Of a DNA stretch of 64,000 nt, positions 37,645-51,606 are shown in pieces (the first letter of the stretch is position 1; each line of letters opens with the position of its first letter). A program made the position numbers and the translations under genes. The notes under the pieces were generated by a model. It saw nothing but the letters and a program-made list of their open reading frames with translations, was not told the DNA's origin and did no database searches. Source of the DNA: Malacoraja senta (taxonomy: Eukaryota); the NCBI GenBank assembly GCA_038087875.1, contig CM075988.1, positions 3,100,001 to 3,164,000 of the forward strand. The letters run 5' to 3'.

Positions 37645-39174
37645 TATATCTCTCATTTCCCTTTCCCCGACTCTCAGTCTGAAGAAGTGTTTCGACCTGA
37701 AACGTCACCTATTCCTTTTCTCCGGAGATGCTGGCTGACCCGATGAGTTACTCCAGCTTTTTGTGTCTATCTCCAGAAGCTTAAGAACAGGAAATAGGTT
37801 CGTATGCACATTGAGTCCTTGCCAATAATCTGGCACTCATTTTTATGCTAATTCTATGATGCCATTTTATTTTCACCATACTCCTGTTAATTCCATCCTT
37901 CCCCCTCCCCAGATTATACCACTCATCTGCACACAAAGGGGCAATTTAGTGGCCAATGAACCGACTAAAGTGCATGTATTGGAATATGGGAAAAAAACAC
38001 AATACCCTGAGGAAACCCATGCATTAAAAGGAGAACATGCAAACTCCTCACAGACAGCACTGGAGTAGTACAGTGGCAGCTCTACAAGTTGCACTGCTTT
38101 CTTTATGCATTTCTAAGTCAATAATCTTGGCCCGTATTTGCTGGTGGGAAGCTGCGTGGGCCCTGCTTGAACTCGTTCTGAGTACCCTGACATCCATATT
38201 TTGCGGTCATCCTAAATTCAAAAGGTAATTGTCTTGTTCGAGTAGCTCAGGCATGGCAGAGGTCCCTCTGTATATCCACCTATCCAATTGCTTCAAATGT
38301 TAAATAAGCAATTACATCACCCCTTTGTTATGTGCAGGAGTCATTAATTTGTTCTGAATGTTCTACCCTTTTCAATGTGGAATGAATCCAGAAAATCTTT
38401 GTCTGCATTTCTTTCAATAATCTAATATATTTTGAAATATGGATCAAAATTGCACAGTTAGCAATTATTAGCAGGTGTTAATTAGCAGGTGTTAATTACA
38501 ATCATATTGTCTCTCAACCATTTAAAGCACACGCTGTTTAAAATCCTAACATTCTAGCTGCCTTCCTCTTCGTAACCACGGCACACCATTTTTTGCCAAG
38601 TTTTTCATCTGAAACATTTTCTGTTGTGTTATTTGCTAAAAAGGCTATTCATTATTTTAAAAAAATAACCCACAATGGAACCAATCACTACTTCAAGAAG
38701 TAGCTATGGAAGGAGAAGCAGGATTTCAGGTTGAAGGCATTTCATCAGAACTGAGGAGGAGGAGAAAATAAATAGATTTTAAGTTGCAAAGAGCATCTTT
38801 GGGACGAATGGAATATCTCTGATGAAGTGATGCCAGGGTTGCTTTGGAGATTAGCTAAACTTGAGATTAACCGGTCGATGGGTATATGTGGGCATTTAGT
38901 GAGAGAGTCTGAACAAGGAAACAGAAGCTCTTAAGCGAGGGTAGTTAGTGAGTGAAGATACAACAAGGGAACATAAAAGGTGCAAAATGCAACACTGGAG
39001 TTTGTTTCGATTCATGTAAAACATACTCATAGTTGCCCAAGCACAGAAACAAACCTTTCTGCCCTCCACAACTTGCTGACCTTCTTGCCCATCCACACTA
39101 ATCCTATTTGCCTGCATTGGAACTGTATTCTTCTACGCCTTGGCTATCTAAGTGTTCTCTAAATGCGTCATCAG

Positions 39175-41261
39175 TAGAGCCAGGATGTTTAGGCACTAAA
39201 AAACTAAAATAGGCAGGCAAAAAGGCAATCAAAAAGGCAAAATAAAATTACAAAAAAGGCACGAAAAAGGCATTTATTGACAAAAAGGGCATAAAAAGGC
39301 ATTTCCACCACCAAAATATGGTTAAAAATAATAATATGAAGGTATAATACGTTAAATGACCAAAGTTGCCTTTTTGCACATAATTACTAGCATTTTTTTC
39401 AAATTATCTGGTGGTAAACTATGCCATCTGTCAGACAGAATATGCTTCAGTTGTGAAAAACCTCTTTCACCCCAACTGAGGTCACTGGTGCATACCCGAA
39501 ACAAGCTACAGACTCTATATTCATGTCGATATCTTGTGCATTACAACTACCTTTGAGAGCCTTAGCTATGTTTTGTATTTCAAGATCTTTGTTAGCTAAA
39601 ATCACTCTCTCACATTTTCCTTGTATGTCGTTACCTACATCGCCAAAAACTTTACAAATATCATCAGTTACTTTGTTGAAAACCTGCAAGTTATTCACTA
39701 ATGTTTCGCCACGTTTCTCAAGGGAAGTGGTAGCTTGTGGGAAGTTTGCAAAATTGGAAGCAATAAACACAAGAGGGACTTTTTCTGCATGATTTCACTG
39801 ACGATTCTGACTGCAGCAGATTCTACTTCTTCAAAACAGTTGACGATTTATTTTATCTTTTCAAAATTTACAGCATAGTAAAGTACAGCAGAGAGCCATG
39901 TACCACACCTAGTCAAAACGAGCTGAGGAGGTAGCGGAATCTCAGGTGCCATTTCCTTGAACAACTGCACACGTAACGGTACTTTGAGGAAGATTTTCTT
40001 GACATTGCCTAGGCGATCGACATTTGGAAACAAGCTACGTCTGCGCTTGGCAATTCTATGAAGTCTTTGAGCTAAGCATGTCAAATGCAACATTTTAGAG
40101 AATAAAACTTTGTCACAAACAGAAGTACATTCTCGTGTTTTATACTTTCTGGCCAAAGTACAGCAAGTGAAGATGTACTTTACTGAGTACAAGTCAAACA
40201 GCTCAACTGAGCAATAGAGCTGTTTGACTTCCCCAATACTTCCGATGCCAACAAATACTCCTTTGATGGTTGACCTGCCGCCAGTGTACAGATGACCACA
40301 TTGGCAACATATCCCCCCCATAGCATCGGTTGTCTTGGCTATTGGGATCCATATTTTGTTGCATGCAACTTCATCTCTAATTTTCTGCACAACTGAGGAA
40401 GTTTAAATCTTTTGTTTAAAAGATTTAAACTTCCTCACAACAATGTTGTAGTTGCTGTCAACATAATGTTTCCATAATGATGACTCGCTTGGTATATGTT
40501 CCTCTGTGTATTTCTCTAAAAAACCTCTAAGATTTGTTTTCCAATTTCCACAGTGGAATTCCAGCATCAATGAATGCCTTGCACAAATCACTCGAAAACT
40601 CAGATTTGCGACTGGAGCCAGCAGTATATGTAGTGAGGAGACAAGATTAGGTGTTTCGCTTGGGTAGTCTGCACCCTAGCAGTATCAACATTGATTTAAT
40701 TTTAGATAGACCTTGTCTTCTCCCTCCTCCCCATCCCCTTCCCAGCTATCCTTCTAGTCCTACTGTCTCTGCCTTTTCCTATCTTTTTCCCGCTCCCCCC
40801 CCACATCAGTCTGAACGAGAGTCTCGACCCGAAATGTTGCCTAATCCTTCTCTCCATAGATGCTGCCTCATCTGCTGTTTCTCCAGCATTTTTTGTCTAC
40901 CTTAGATTTTTCCAGCACCTGCAGTTCTTTCTTAAATAGGTATTGGAGAAAACTGAACCAGTGGGCAGCGGCACGAACGAATGAATGACCGATGGTGGTG
41001 CCCCCAGTTTTGCCCTGGTGTAGAAGCTTTCTTGTAAGTTATACTATGTTAACACGTTAATAATAACATTAATATTAATGTGTTAACATTGAAAACGTCA
41101 TTGTAATCACGGTATAACTAGAGAAAATAGCACGACCTTTTAGCAAACCGTCAAAAAAAGGCTGATTTAGGCACTCGATCGTGAAAAAGGCATTGTCCTG
41201 GTGAAATCATCAAAGAAGGCACAAAACGACACATGGCATTTATAGCAAAATACTGGCTCTA
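39175..41261 (-). mobile_element. hAT transposon with degenerate CGGBP1-related transposase
   Basis: TIRs tagagccaggatgtt / aaatactggctcta. 8-bp TSD gtcatcag / ctcatcag. Relic ORFs contain FLEKYT..HIPSESSL, LHLTCLA..LHRIA, KKIFLK..PLPPQLVLTR.GTWL and YAPVTS. aaaaaggca subterminal repeats at both ends. Confidence 0.87.
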
Positions 41262-41680
41262 CTCATCAGCATAGTAATTGTGATCCTGCCACCTCCTTTG
41301 GCAACGGTTCCAGCAGCTCCAACCAAACTTTAACACTTGCAGTCTGAAGGAGGATTCCAACCCAAAATGTCACCTATTCTTTTTTACCAGAGCTGCTGCC
41401 TGACCCCCTGAGTTTCTCTTGAATTTTGTGTCTGCGGTGTAAACTCGCATCTGCAGTTCCTTCCTACACATAAAAAACTTTTTTCTCAGATCCACTTTAA
41501 AACTCCGCCCTCTCACCTTAAAAAACCAAGCTCTGTTTGTGATGCCCTACCTGTGGCCCTCACAATCATATTTACCACTATGAACTTACCCTCACCCACA
41601 TTCACCAAGGAAAACAAACCCAGTCTTTTCACTCGCTCCCCACAACAAAAGTCCTCCAATCCAGGCCACATCATGGACCT

Positions 41681-41713
41681 GTCTGAAGATGGGTCTCGAC
41701 CCGAAACGTCACC
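41681..41713 (+). ncRNA. Minimal hammerhead ribozyme-like motif, sense to DCPS intron
   Basis: GT-CTGAAGA-T-GGGT-CTCG-ACCC-GAAA-CGTC-ACC. Core intact with a GUC cleavage triplet, but stem I is only about 2 bp. Confidence 0.55.
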
Positions 41714-41832
41714 TATTCCTCCTCTCCGGAGATGCTGCCTGTCCCGATGAGTTACTCCAGCTTTTTGTGTCTATCCACATCAAGGTGAGTTTCTCATCTG
41801 CAGTATTTCCATAGATTTATTATCCCATATAC

Positions 41833-43521
41833 CAGGCACATGCCGTCAGGGTAGGCAACGTAGACACTGCCTACCCTGACTAAAATTATAAAATGATAAT
41901 TATTAAATATAAATAGTAAAGGCACGGGCGAATTATGGCTACCTAAGAGATCAATGTATAAACACTGCTGATCAATCTCTTAGGTCAGCATAATTCTCCG
42001 TGCCTTTCATCCTGAGTACGTGATACGCGAAAGTGTGTGCAGCTGACATGCCGTCGAAGCTGTTTCAAGCCTTCAATGACACGGGGAGCTGAAATTCTGC
42101 CTTTGTACCATGGACTGCGCATGCGCAGCGCAAGTCTCGGCGAGTTTTTCAAACATGGATTGTCATTATCTTAAGAGTATCTTAAGAAACAAAGAGAGAA
42201 GAATGGAGTTTGTGTACAAATAATGTGGTAAGTAGATTTCTTTGAGCTATATTTTTTTTAAATACCGTTCTTCCCGGCAATGAAGACGCTATTCTTTACC
42301 CAAAAATAAGGCACGGAAATTTACATGCGTCTTGGAGGCCGAAGATTAGGTTGTTAGCCAAGAAAGATAGATTTGGCTATCCCTCAGTACAGCAACATCA
42401 AGAACGATGTTGCTATACTGAGGGATAGCCAAGTCTATCCCTCATTGCTAGCTGCTGATGGGAATCAGCTGTAAAGTGGGAAGCGGCTGTAAAAGGACAG
42501 CGCCGCTGGGGGAGGGGGGGGTGAGAGTTCCTTTCGCAGTGTGTGGAGAGTCTGGCCAGGGGTAAAGTTGCGGGGAGGGCAGGAGCGTTGAGAAGGAGGG
42601 GGTCGGGGATCATGCCAGCAACCAGCTCAAGAGCGGGTCAGCGGGCGATGGATAACAGGACAGGGTGCGGTGTAGCTTACTCCTGTGTCAACGTGAGTAA
42701 CCTCAATTGGTCCCTTGTTCGCGCTGACACAGGAGTAAGCTCCACCGCCCGCTGTCCTGTTATCCATCGCCCACTGACCTGCTCCGCTCTATGATCTTTG
42801 CTCTTGAGTTGGTCCCTCACTGTTCAGACGGAGAGCACTGCCAGAGGTGAGCGAGCCGGCAGAAGGCGCTGAGGTCCCGGCAGCTGCTCGCAGCCACCCG
42901 AGCTACTTCCCTCCCCGGCCACAATGCGGTGGCTCCGCGCCGGGAGCGCAGCAGCAGCAGTGAGTGAGTGGGTTATTGTCATGATCCCTGACCCCCTCCT
43001 TCTCAACGATCCTGCCCTCCCCGCAACTTTACCCCTGGCCAGACTCCCCACACGCTGTGAAAGGAACTCTCCCCCCAATTGGTCCCTTGAACTAGTATTG
43101 TTATTCAATAAGATCACAACTAATTCAACCGGTGTGCTCCCGTTTTTCCCACCATCTTTTCACCTGCCGTCACCCTCCACCCATTCAGTAATTCAGAATG
43201 GAGGAGATTTGGAAGCCTTGGGCAAATTGAATTGTTACTTTCTTTATTATTATTTTAATTTATTTTGAGCATGAGAAATTCTATTGTCTCGCCAGCCTTC
43301 TTTCAAAATTTAGCAACTCAAAATGGGGGTGCATCTTCGACGCAGGTGCATCTTCATTCCCTGGAAATATGGTACTATATTAAGAGATATGGCTTTTGAA
43401 GACTTTATAAAAGTCGACTGACAGCTTACGGAGAGGAGAACAATCTGCGCATGCACGGTTTAAGATTTTTTAAAAGCCGACTGACTGCCTACCCTGAGTA
43501 ATTACTCACGGCACATGCCTG
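41833..43521. mobile_element. Non-autonomous hAT-type element rich in internal palindromes
   Basis: TIR caggcacatgccgt / acggcacatgcctg. 8-bp TSD ccatatac / ccttatac. Subterminal cagggtaggca / tgcctaccctg motifs. Confidence 0.82.
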
Positions 43522-46395
43522 CCTTATACATACTGCTGGAGTGGGTCAAGCAGCAACTATGGGGCGTGACTGTGTGGTGGGGAAAGAATTGTAATATCTT
43601 TGGGTCACGAATCTTTGACCAGAAAGGGCTATTATGGTCCTGGTTCAATGAATGGCGCCTCCAGCTGTAGTTTTTGTGGAATCTACTGTGTCAATTGAAG
43701 AAGGTCAGAATTGGAGGGATGAATGGTCTCAATAAGATCACATTAATGAAATGCGGTGAGGTCATGGAGTACAGGCTCACCACCCATTTTCCGGCACCCT
43801 TGGTTCTGGGCCTTGCCGTATTATCGGTTTTGCCAGACCAACGAAGGTCGCGGCCTCGGTGGGTCTGAAAAACCAGCTTACAAAGTCGGCCTCGGTAGTC
43901 CGGTATGGGAACGGATTTGCCGGTTCCGGCCGGGCAGGAGTTCCAGAGCCCTGGCCGCAGGGGCATATTCGACCAGCCGATTGGACGCGGAAGTCACGAT
44001 CAGGTCAAGATCGGCCGCCTCATCCCGTCTAGGCGCCACATTATCGGGGGGTGGGGGGGGTGGGGCTTCTGGGGCTTCTGGGGGATTTTAAATGCATTCC
44101 CATAATTTTTTCCGGATTACAGGAGGTGCCTAACCACCAGCTGCTGAAAAAATCGATGGTGCACCTGTATTTAAATCTCAAGGATTTAATGGTCATTTTA
44201 AATTTTGGCCTCGAAGCCAATGAGAGATGCATGAATATAGCTGCCTATATACAGAGTCCTTGCCCTGAGCAAATCTAGAGTCCTCTCTAGTCTATGCTTC
44301 CGGCATTCAAAGCTTCCTCGGTATACATCACCTTTATTTTAAAGTAAACTCTGATTTTTAAGGATAGTCCTATCCAGTATATCGCATGCCCTAATCTCTC
44401 CAGCGTAACCTCACTCCAATTTTATGCAGCATTTTCTAGCGCCTTTCTGTATTGCATCAAAACTTTTATTGGGTTGAAAGCTGTGTGCTTGTTGCATTTA
44501 TTTATTGAAATTATTTTTGTTAAGTCTGTGTTGCAGCAGAAATAGCAAAAACTTGGAGCCAAACTGCACCGTAGTTTATTTGGGCATTGGTCCCAGACTG
44601 AAATAGAATGTTCTCTGGATGGCTACTTTGAATGATTGCAGTGGTAGTCCATCACACATCAAATGATTCCCCACCAGATAGCAATCCACATGTTCCTTCC
44701 CCTGCTCAGTTCTTCTTCCCTATCATGTTAAAGTTTTAGATTTGAATTGAATGACAGTATCACAAGCAATTACCATTCTCCAGGATCTCTCAAAGGCATA
44801 CATACTTCACATGTGAGCTCACCAAGTGAATATTGGCAAGACATTTAATCTTTTAAAGCAATATTTATTGTCGGGCAGTAGTTGACACAGACAAATCATC
44901 CAGATTTTTTTGCACCTAATTACGATGAAGGAAAGGTGATGTTATGTCTAGGTTGGAATAGTCTGTAACATAGAACTGATAGTTTTGCTTCACTTGTACA
45001 AAAAACACTGCTGGAGGAACTCAGCGGGTCATGCACCATATGTGAAGGGAATGGACAGAGGACATTTGTAGCATATCATACCAACTCCAGTACTTCAGTA
45101 CCTTACCAATGAAGACAAGGATGATCAATGATTCCTTCACACCCTGAATACCTGTGCTGCCAGTTGCAGGGAACTGTGTGCCTGTACCCCTTGGTCTCTC
45201 TGCCCCAGTACACTCTTCAGGACCACACCATTTATTGGAGTAACTCAGCCAGTCACGCAGCATCTCTGGAGAAAAAGGATATGGGGCAATTCAGGTCAGG
45301 ACCCTTCTTCAGGACTGAAGAAGGCCCTGAACTGAAATGTCACCTATCCTTTCCCTCCAGAGATGCCTCCTGATCCGTTGAGTTACTCCAGCACTTTGTG
45401 TCTATCTTTGGTGTAAACCAGCATCTGCAGTTCTTTGTTTCTTCATTTTGCCCTACCATTTATTATCTGTCTTGGTTGACTTACCAAAATAGATAATCTC
45501 CAACTCATCAAAGTTAAAATCCAAGGTAGTCAAAAATGCTGGAGAAACTCAGCGGGTGAGGCAGTATCTATGGAGTGAAGGAAATAGGCAACGTTTTGTC
45601 TACCTTTGTTTTCCAGCATCTGCAGTTCCTTCTTAAACAAAGTTAAAATCAATTTGCCTATCCTTGGCCCACTTCTCTGGTTGATCCAGATCCTTTTGTA
45701 AAGTTAGTTAGCCTTTCTCACTGTTCATTGTGCCACAAATATTGTTGGCATCTGCTAATTCACTAACCACATTCACTGCATTGTCATCTACATCAGTAAA
45801 ATATCGACAACAAACAACAGTGAACCCAGGACAGATATGCGCACACACAAGTAAACCCATGACAAATATTTTGTTTAAAACAAAACAAAAGATGAGCATT
45901 TTTTTCTTTGATGGTGGGTTGATTACAATGATGACATTCCCAGGACAAGCATTTCAAAGACCAGCCATCTCAAATAGTCTTTCATTTGTTTAATTTGCAG
46001 TCAGTATTCAAAGACTAGATGAGAATAACAAAAGGCTTAATCAAGACCCCCATTCAGCGGTAGCCATCAGTTCCTTCATTCTTATCGATTGTGGCAGAGA
46101 TAAATAGATTCTTGATTGGTACGGGTGTCAGGGGTTATGGGGAGAAGGCAGGAGAATGGGGTTAGGAGGGAGAGATAGAACAGCCATGATTGAATGGCGG
46201 TAGTAGACTTGATGGGCTGAATAGCCTAATTCTGCTCCTATCACTTATGACCATATGACCTATTCATAGCATTCGCCTGTTTTTTACATAATTTGCGGCT
46301 TTAGATGCTTGCAAATATGTATAATGACGTAATCTTGGGAACAGTCATGCAGGTCTGTTCATCTTCATTAGATTGATTTGTGTATTTTCTTTCAG

Positions 46396-46509
46396 TGGGT
46401 GTACAACATTCTGGAAAAGAAGGCTGAAGCAGATCGAATAATTCATGAACATCCGGACCCAAAAAACGGCTTCATTCTTATTCCAGACTTCAAGTGGAAT
46501 CAAAAGCAG
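46396..46509 (+). CDS. DCPS: DCPS internal coding exon (exon 4 equivalent), 114 bp
   Basis: Acceptor tattttctttcAG and donor GTatga at 46510. Translates [38 protein letters not shown], containing the conserved DcpS WVYNIL and PDxKW motifs. Confidence 0.97.
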
Positions 46510-49500
46510 GTATGATGATGAATGAGGTGCCATTCCTTCAGTTTTGAGATGTGGGTCAATATACAGCAAAGCTATTTTTATTTTCTGTCCTTTATTGGTC
46601 TTGAGCAGGTGGAGCAGGTAAATCACAAGTTGTCTGGTTTAATAGTCTAACATTATAATCTGGTTTTATGGAAATTAATGGTTAGATCCAGTCTCTCAGA
46701 TTCTTCAGTGAAATGTGTCAACTCCTACAAACATGAAGGCTCTACCAACCTTCCTTCAATGTCCAACCTCTCTGCCTCTGTCAGTAAAACATTTAGTTTA
46801 GTTTAGTTGAGAGATACAGTGCGGAAACAGACCTGTCAGCCCACTGAGTCTGCGCTGACCAGCGATCCCCGCACACGTAACATTATCCTACACATACTAG
46901 GACAATTTGCAATGATTTCAAGCCAGTTAACCTACACACTTGTATGTCTTTGGAGTGTGGATGGAAACCGGTGATCCCGGAGACAGTTTAAGGATTCCTA
47001 AAGCCTCTTTTAAAAACAAACATCCTTCTGGACTGAGAAATCTCAAAGCCATGATTGCCCAAGTGAGAGGGAGCATTCAGTTATAATTGAGAACTAGTTT
47101 CCACCAGTGGGATAGGACCAGAGGACACAGCCTCAGAATAAAAGGATGTTCCTTTAGAAAAGGGATAAGGAGAAATTTCAGTCCAAGGGTAGTGAATTGG
47201 GAATTAATTACCATAGAAGGAGGTGGGGGCCCGTCATTGGGTATTTTAAAAGTGGAGATTGACAGGTTCGTGATTAGAAAGGGCATCGACAGTTATGGGG
47301 AGAAGACGAAGAATGGGGTTGAGGGGGAAAAATAGATCAGCCATGACTGAATGGTGGAGTAGACTTGATGGGCGGATGGCCTAATTCTCCAATGACTAAT
47401 GACTTATGAACTTCCAAATCTCAACTCCATTTGTCAAGAGCGCATGGAAGCTCAATATGAATAACAGAAGTGCACCACCTCCAAAATGATCCCTGCACTC
47501 CCACTGTCCAACCGCAGGTTTGACATTGGCCTCGGCAGCCGTCTTAAAATGGAATGGAAGCATTTTGGTCATTCTTGCCAAAATGGAAAGAACAGATAGA
47601 AACAAAATTAGACTGAGCTGTGCAGCTCATGTTATATTTGACTTTATGTTTTAAATTTATGTTCAAAATGTTTATAGAAATTGAAATAATTGAAAGATAT
47701 CTCCATTAAAATGAGAAAAATTAGTTCTTTAGGACCCCACCAAAACATACAAGCTTAAACTGTCTCTTGACGTTCTTTTTGCTGAGTGTTTTACTGCCTT
47801 TTATTTCAGAATAATATTCCACGGCATGTTGCATTATGAGAACTACAGTAACAATAGTGGATAGTTGGTTGCTATATTATTCTCACTGCCTAAATCCTGT
47901 GCTAATTTTGATTCTGTTGTCTCCATCTTGCAACCGCATCTCCTCAACTGATATTTGAGTGGTGGGGAGTGGTGTTGCAGTGGGAGGTGATGAATTTAGC
48001 ACAATACACTGGGACATTGTGCAGGTTAGTGGGGGGTGCAGTAGAAGATTATTGAGTGGATGATATACAGTGGCATGAGGCTTGATATGGTGAAATACTG
48101 TGGGGAAGTATTATTATGTGGGAGTCTGGGGGGAATGGTGATGTGATATTATGTAAATGAGGGATGATACAGTGGGATTCTATGTGTGGGAGGACAGGCT
48201 AAGATACCCTGTGGGCAACATGGATATCATGTTGAGGGGGAGGGTTTCTATGTGAGTGGGAGGTGTGATGTGGTGTAGTTCTCTGCGAAGATGATAATGG
48301 GTTTGCGAGTAGAGTCAGTATTTAATTGCCCATCCTTAGTTGCCCATGAGAAGGTGGTGGCGAGTTGCCTCCTTGGACCAGTGTTGGCTGGAAGTTGTGA
48401 GTTTACCCACTGTGCTGTTAGGAAGAGTTCCATGATTTTGACCCAAAAAGGGGAAAGGAACTATGATATATTTCCAAGTCTGGATAGAGTGTGGTTTGGG
48501 CAACTTTCAGGTGGTGCAGATTTAGTTTTTTTTTAGTTTAATTTATTGTCATGTGTGCCAATTTACAGTGAAAAGCTTTTTTGTTGCATGCTATCCAATC
48601 AGCGGAAAGACTATACGGGATTACAATCAAGTATCCACGTTGCTCAAAGGGTATCACAGCCTGTCCTCCCAGTCTATCATCCCTCATTTACACAATATCC
48701 CACCACATCACCTCTCCCCCAGACTCCCACATAATACGTCCCCACAGTATCTCAGCATATCATGCCTCATGCCACTGTATCATCCACTCAAATGTCTTCA
48801 ACTGTATCCCCCACTAACCTGCACAATTCCATAAACAGTGTACAAATACAAGGTAATGGAAATAGGGGATAAAAGGATGCAGCCTAATCATTGTTGTCCT
48901 GTCGTTCTATGTGGTTGAGTTTGTAGGTTTGGAAAGCATTGTCGTAGGAATCTTTGTGTTGCTGCAGTGCATCCTGTAGACGGTGCTGATTGCCGCCACT
49001 GAGTCAGTAGTGGAGTGAGTGAATGGTTGTGAAGTGGATGCTGAGCAAGCGGGCTGCTCGGTCCTGTATGGTGTTGAGCCTTTTGAGTATTAAATCTGCT
49101 CTCATCCAGACAAGTGGAGAGTATTCCATCACACGTTCCTGGTTTAAGCCTTAATTAATCTGGAAACACATTGTCCAGCCTTTGAATTCTGAATTATTTT
49201 GCCATCATTACAGATCATCCTAATAATACCATCAGCTGCCTAAATTGAAATAGAAATTCTCCATAATCATTTGTGCATTTCACTAGTTTAATTTGGGTTA
49301 GTTTAGTTTAGTTTAGCAATACAGTATGGAAACAGGCCCACCGAGTCCACGCCGACCAACAATCACCAGTTCGCTAGTTTTGTCCTGTACACTCCAAATT
49401 TTTTATAGAAGCCAATTGACCAACAAACCAGCACGTATTTGGAGTGTGGGAGAAAACTGGAACACCCGGAGGAAACCCACGTGGTCATACAAACTCCTTA

Positions 49501-49914
49501 CAGGCAGCACCCATAGTCAGGATTGAACCCGGGTCTCTGCGCTGGAAGGCACCAGTGCCACTGTGCCGGGTTTCACTTGACTGCTGTGGTATTGAGTTAA
49601 GGCAGGGATGAGCTTAGATTTAGTCACAGCACGTTCAAGGGATTTGGAAACAGAAACAGATGAAAACTGAGTCGTGAATAAAATGAGCTGAAGACTTGGG
49701 AGAACAGCAAAGGGATATGGGTTCGGTGCTGGAGGAAGAGAGACCATGAGAAGGGATAGAAGTGGTTGGGAGGAGATATCCATGAGCTCCGTCAGAGGAG
49801 AATCAAGAATTCTTTACAATTGTTCTTGAGACATGAGTTTAAGGGAATGGTTTTATACTAGAGCACAGTAAATGTTCTGACAAGGAAGTTGTCTGACTCT
49901 GTTGCTTGCTGCAG

Positions 49915-50025
49915 GTTGATGACTTGTATGCGATTGCTATTGCCCACCGCCGAGAGGTGAAGTCACTGCGGGATCTGACAGCAGAGCACCTGCCGATGCT
50001 ACAGGCCATACTACAGGAGGGACAG
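49915..50025 (+). CDS. DCPS: DCPS internal coding exon (exon 5 equivalent), 111 bp
   Basis: Acceptor ttgcttgctgcAG and donor GTatga at 50026. Translates [37 protein letters not shown] (SLRDL...EHLP motif). Confidence 0.96.
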
Positions 50026-51606
50026 GTATGAATCTGTTTTCTCAAGCTACAGTGCCCTTTACTTTGCATTCAGAAGTGTTGGTCATGTGGTATTGCAGCT
50101 GCTGCCTTTAGCGTGCATCAGCCAATTTGTTTTCATATGCAGCTGGCTACATGACATCCATGGAGAGAATGAAACCATTGAGATTTACTGTGCATAAAGT
50201 CTCTTGGCACACTGGCTGGCTTTTGGCTAAAGCGACTCTGTATCAATCCCACGGTTTTCCCTCTAACTCAGTTCCTGACATTTATACGCTTTTTCCTTTG
50301 GCTTCAGTGCCGTTGAATCTTGGGAGAACAGTTAAATTCTGCCCTTACTGATGCCCACTGTGGCCCAAGCTTGTAAACAAGCTTCAGCCATGGGCCTTGT
50401 AATACAACACGTTGGAGGTTGACGGAGACGACTGCGGTGCTCATATGCACCAAACTGTGATGTTCACTGTTATTGTAGCTTTGTTGGAAGAAAGTGATGT
50501 CCCAGTGAATGACCCCAATAAAAATTACAAAAAATGCAAATGCTGTAAATCTGGAATAGAAACAGAAAGTGTTGGGAAAATTCAGCAGATTAATAAATAG
50601 CAAGAGAAACAGTTATGTGAATATTCAAAATCAAGAAAGTGAGAAAACAAGTGAGCTTGAAGATAAGAGAGGATGAGTGAAGAACAGTTACAACAAAGGA
50701 TATTGGTTTGCTAGGGTGAGGTTAGGATTATTGTGGTGATATGTTCGGATCGAACCCGGGTCTCAGGCGCTGCAAGCGCTGTAAGGCAGCAAATCTATTG
50801 CTACACCACTGTGCCGCTGTGAGGTGCTCAACGACTTTTTTTTCCCTTAACAAGGAGCTTTGATTACAAATTCAATTTATAAATACTGTATTAATCAAAA
50901 CTGCTATTCATGCAGTTTGCAAACATCAACCATCAAATTGCAACATTACCTTCCCTTCTTTATCCACGATTCACTCGAGACGCTATGGTGACCAGCGTTC
51001 ACAGACGACTTCCAAAGTCCCAGCGCCGACCAGTTGCTGTGGCAGTGTGCATGCGCAGGGCGGCCGATGATGTGCTGGCCGTAGCAGTGCGCATGTGCAA
51101 GGCGGCCGGCCGTGCCGGCGGATGAGGAGCGAGCGGAGAGCGGAGACCCGGACATGGATACGGATGGTGGGCGGAGACGGAGAGTGACAGAGAGAGAAAG
51201 ATAGAGAGGGGGCCCGCTCAGAGTTGAACGGCAGGTGTCCTGCCTTGGCCGGAGGCCCCCTAGATTTCGAGGCCCTAGGCTTCAACCTATGAAGCCTAGT
51301 GGTAAATCCGGCTCTGCGAGGCCCCCCTTGATCTCGAGGCCCTAAGCGTAAGCTTGTGAAGCTTATACGTAACTCCGGCCCTGGGTTTTCTCCGGGTGCT
51401 CGGGTTTCCTCCCACATTCCAAAGGCGTGTCGGTTTGCAGGTTACTTGGCCTCTATAAATTGTCCCTAGTATGTAGGATACCTACGTAGTGAACATGGAA
51501 CTAGTGTGTGGGGTGATCGATGGTCGACGTGGACTCGGTGGGCTGAACAGCCTGTTTCCACCCTTTATCTACACTAAACTAAACTAAGTCTATATTTCCC
51601 CCACAG

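Noticed and set aside
51250..51383. Two hAT-like right ends (...aatccggctctg, ...actccggccctg)
   Set aside because: No matching left end or TSD found, so boundaries cannot be supported.
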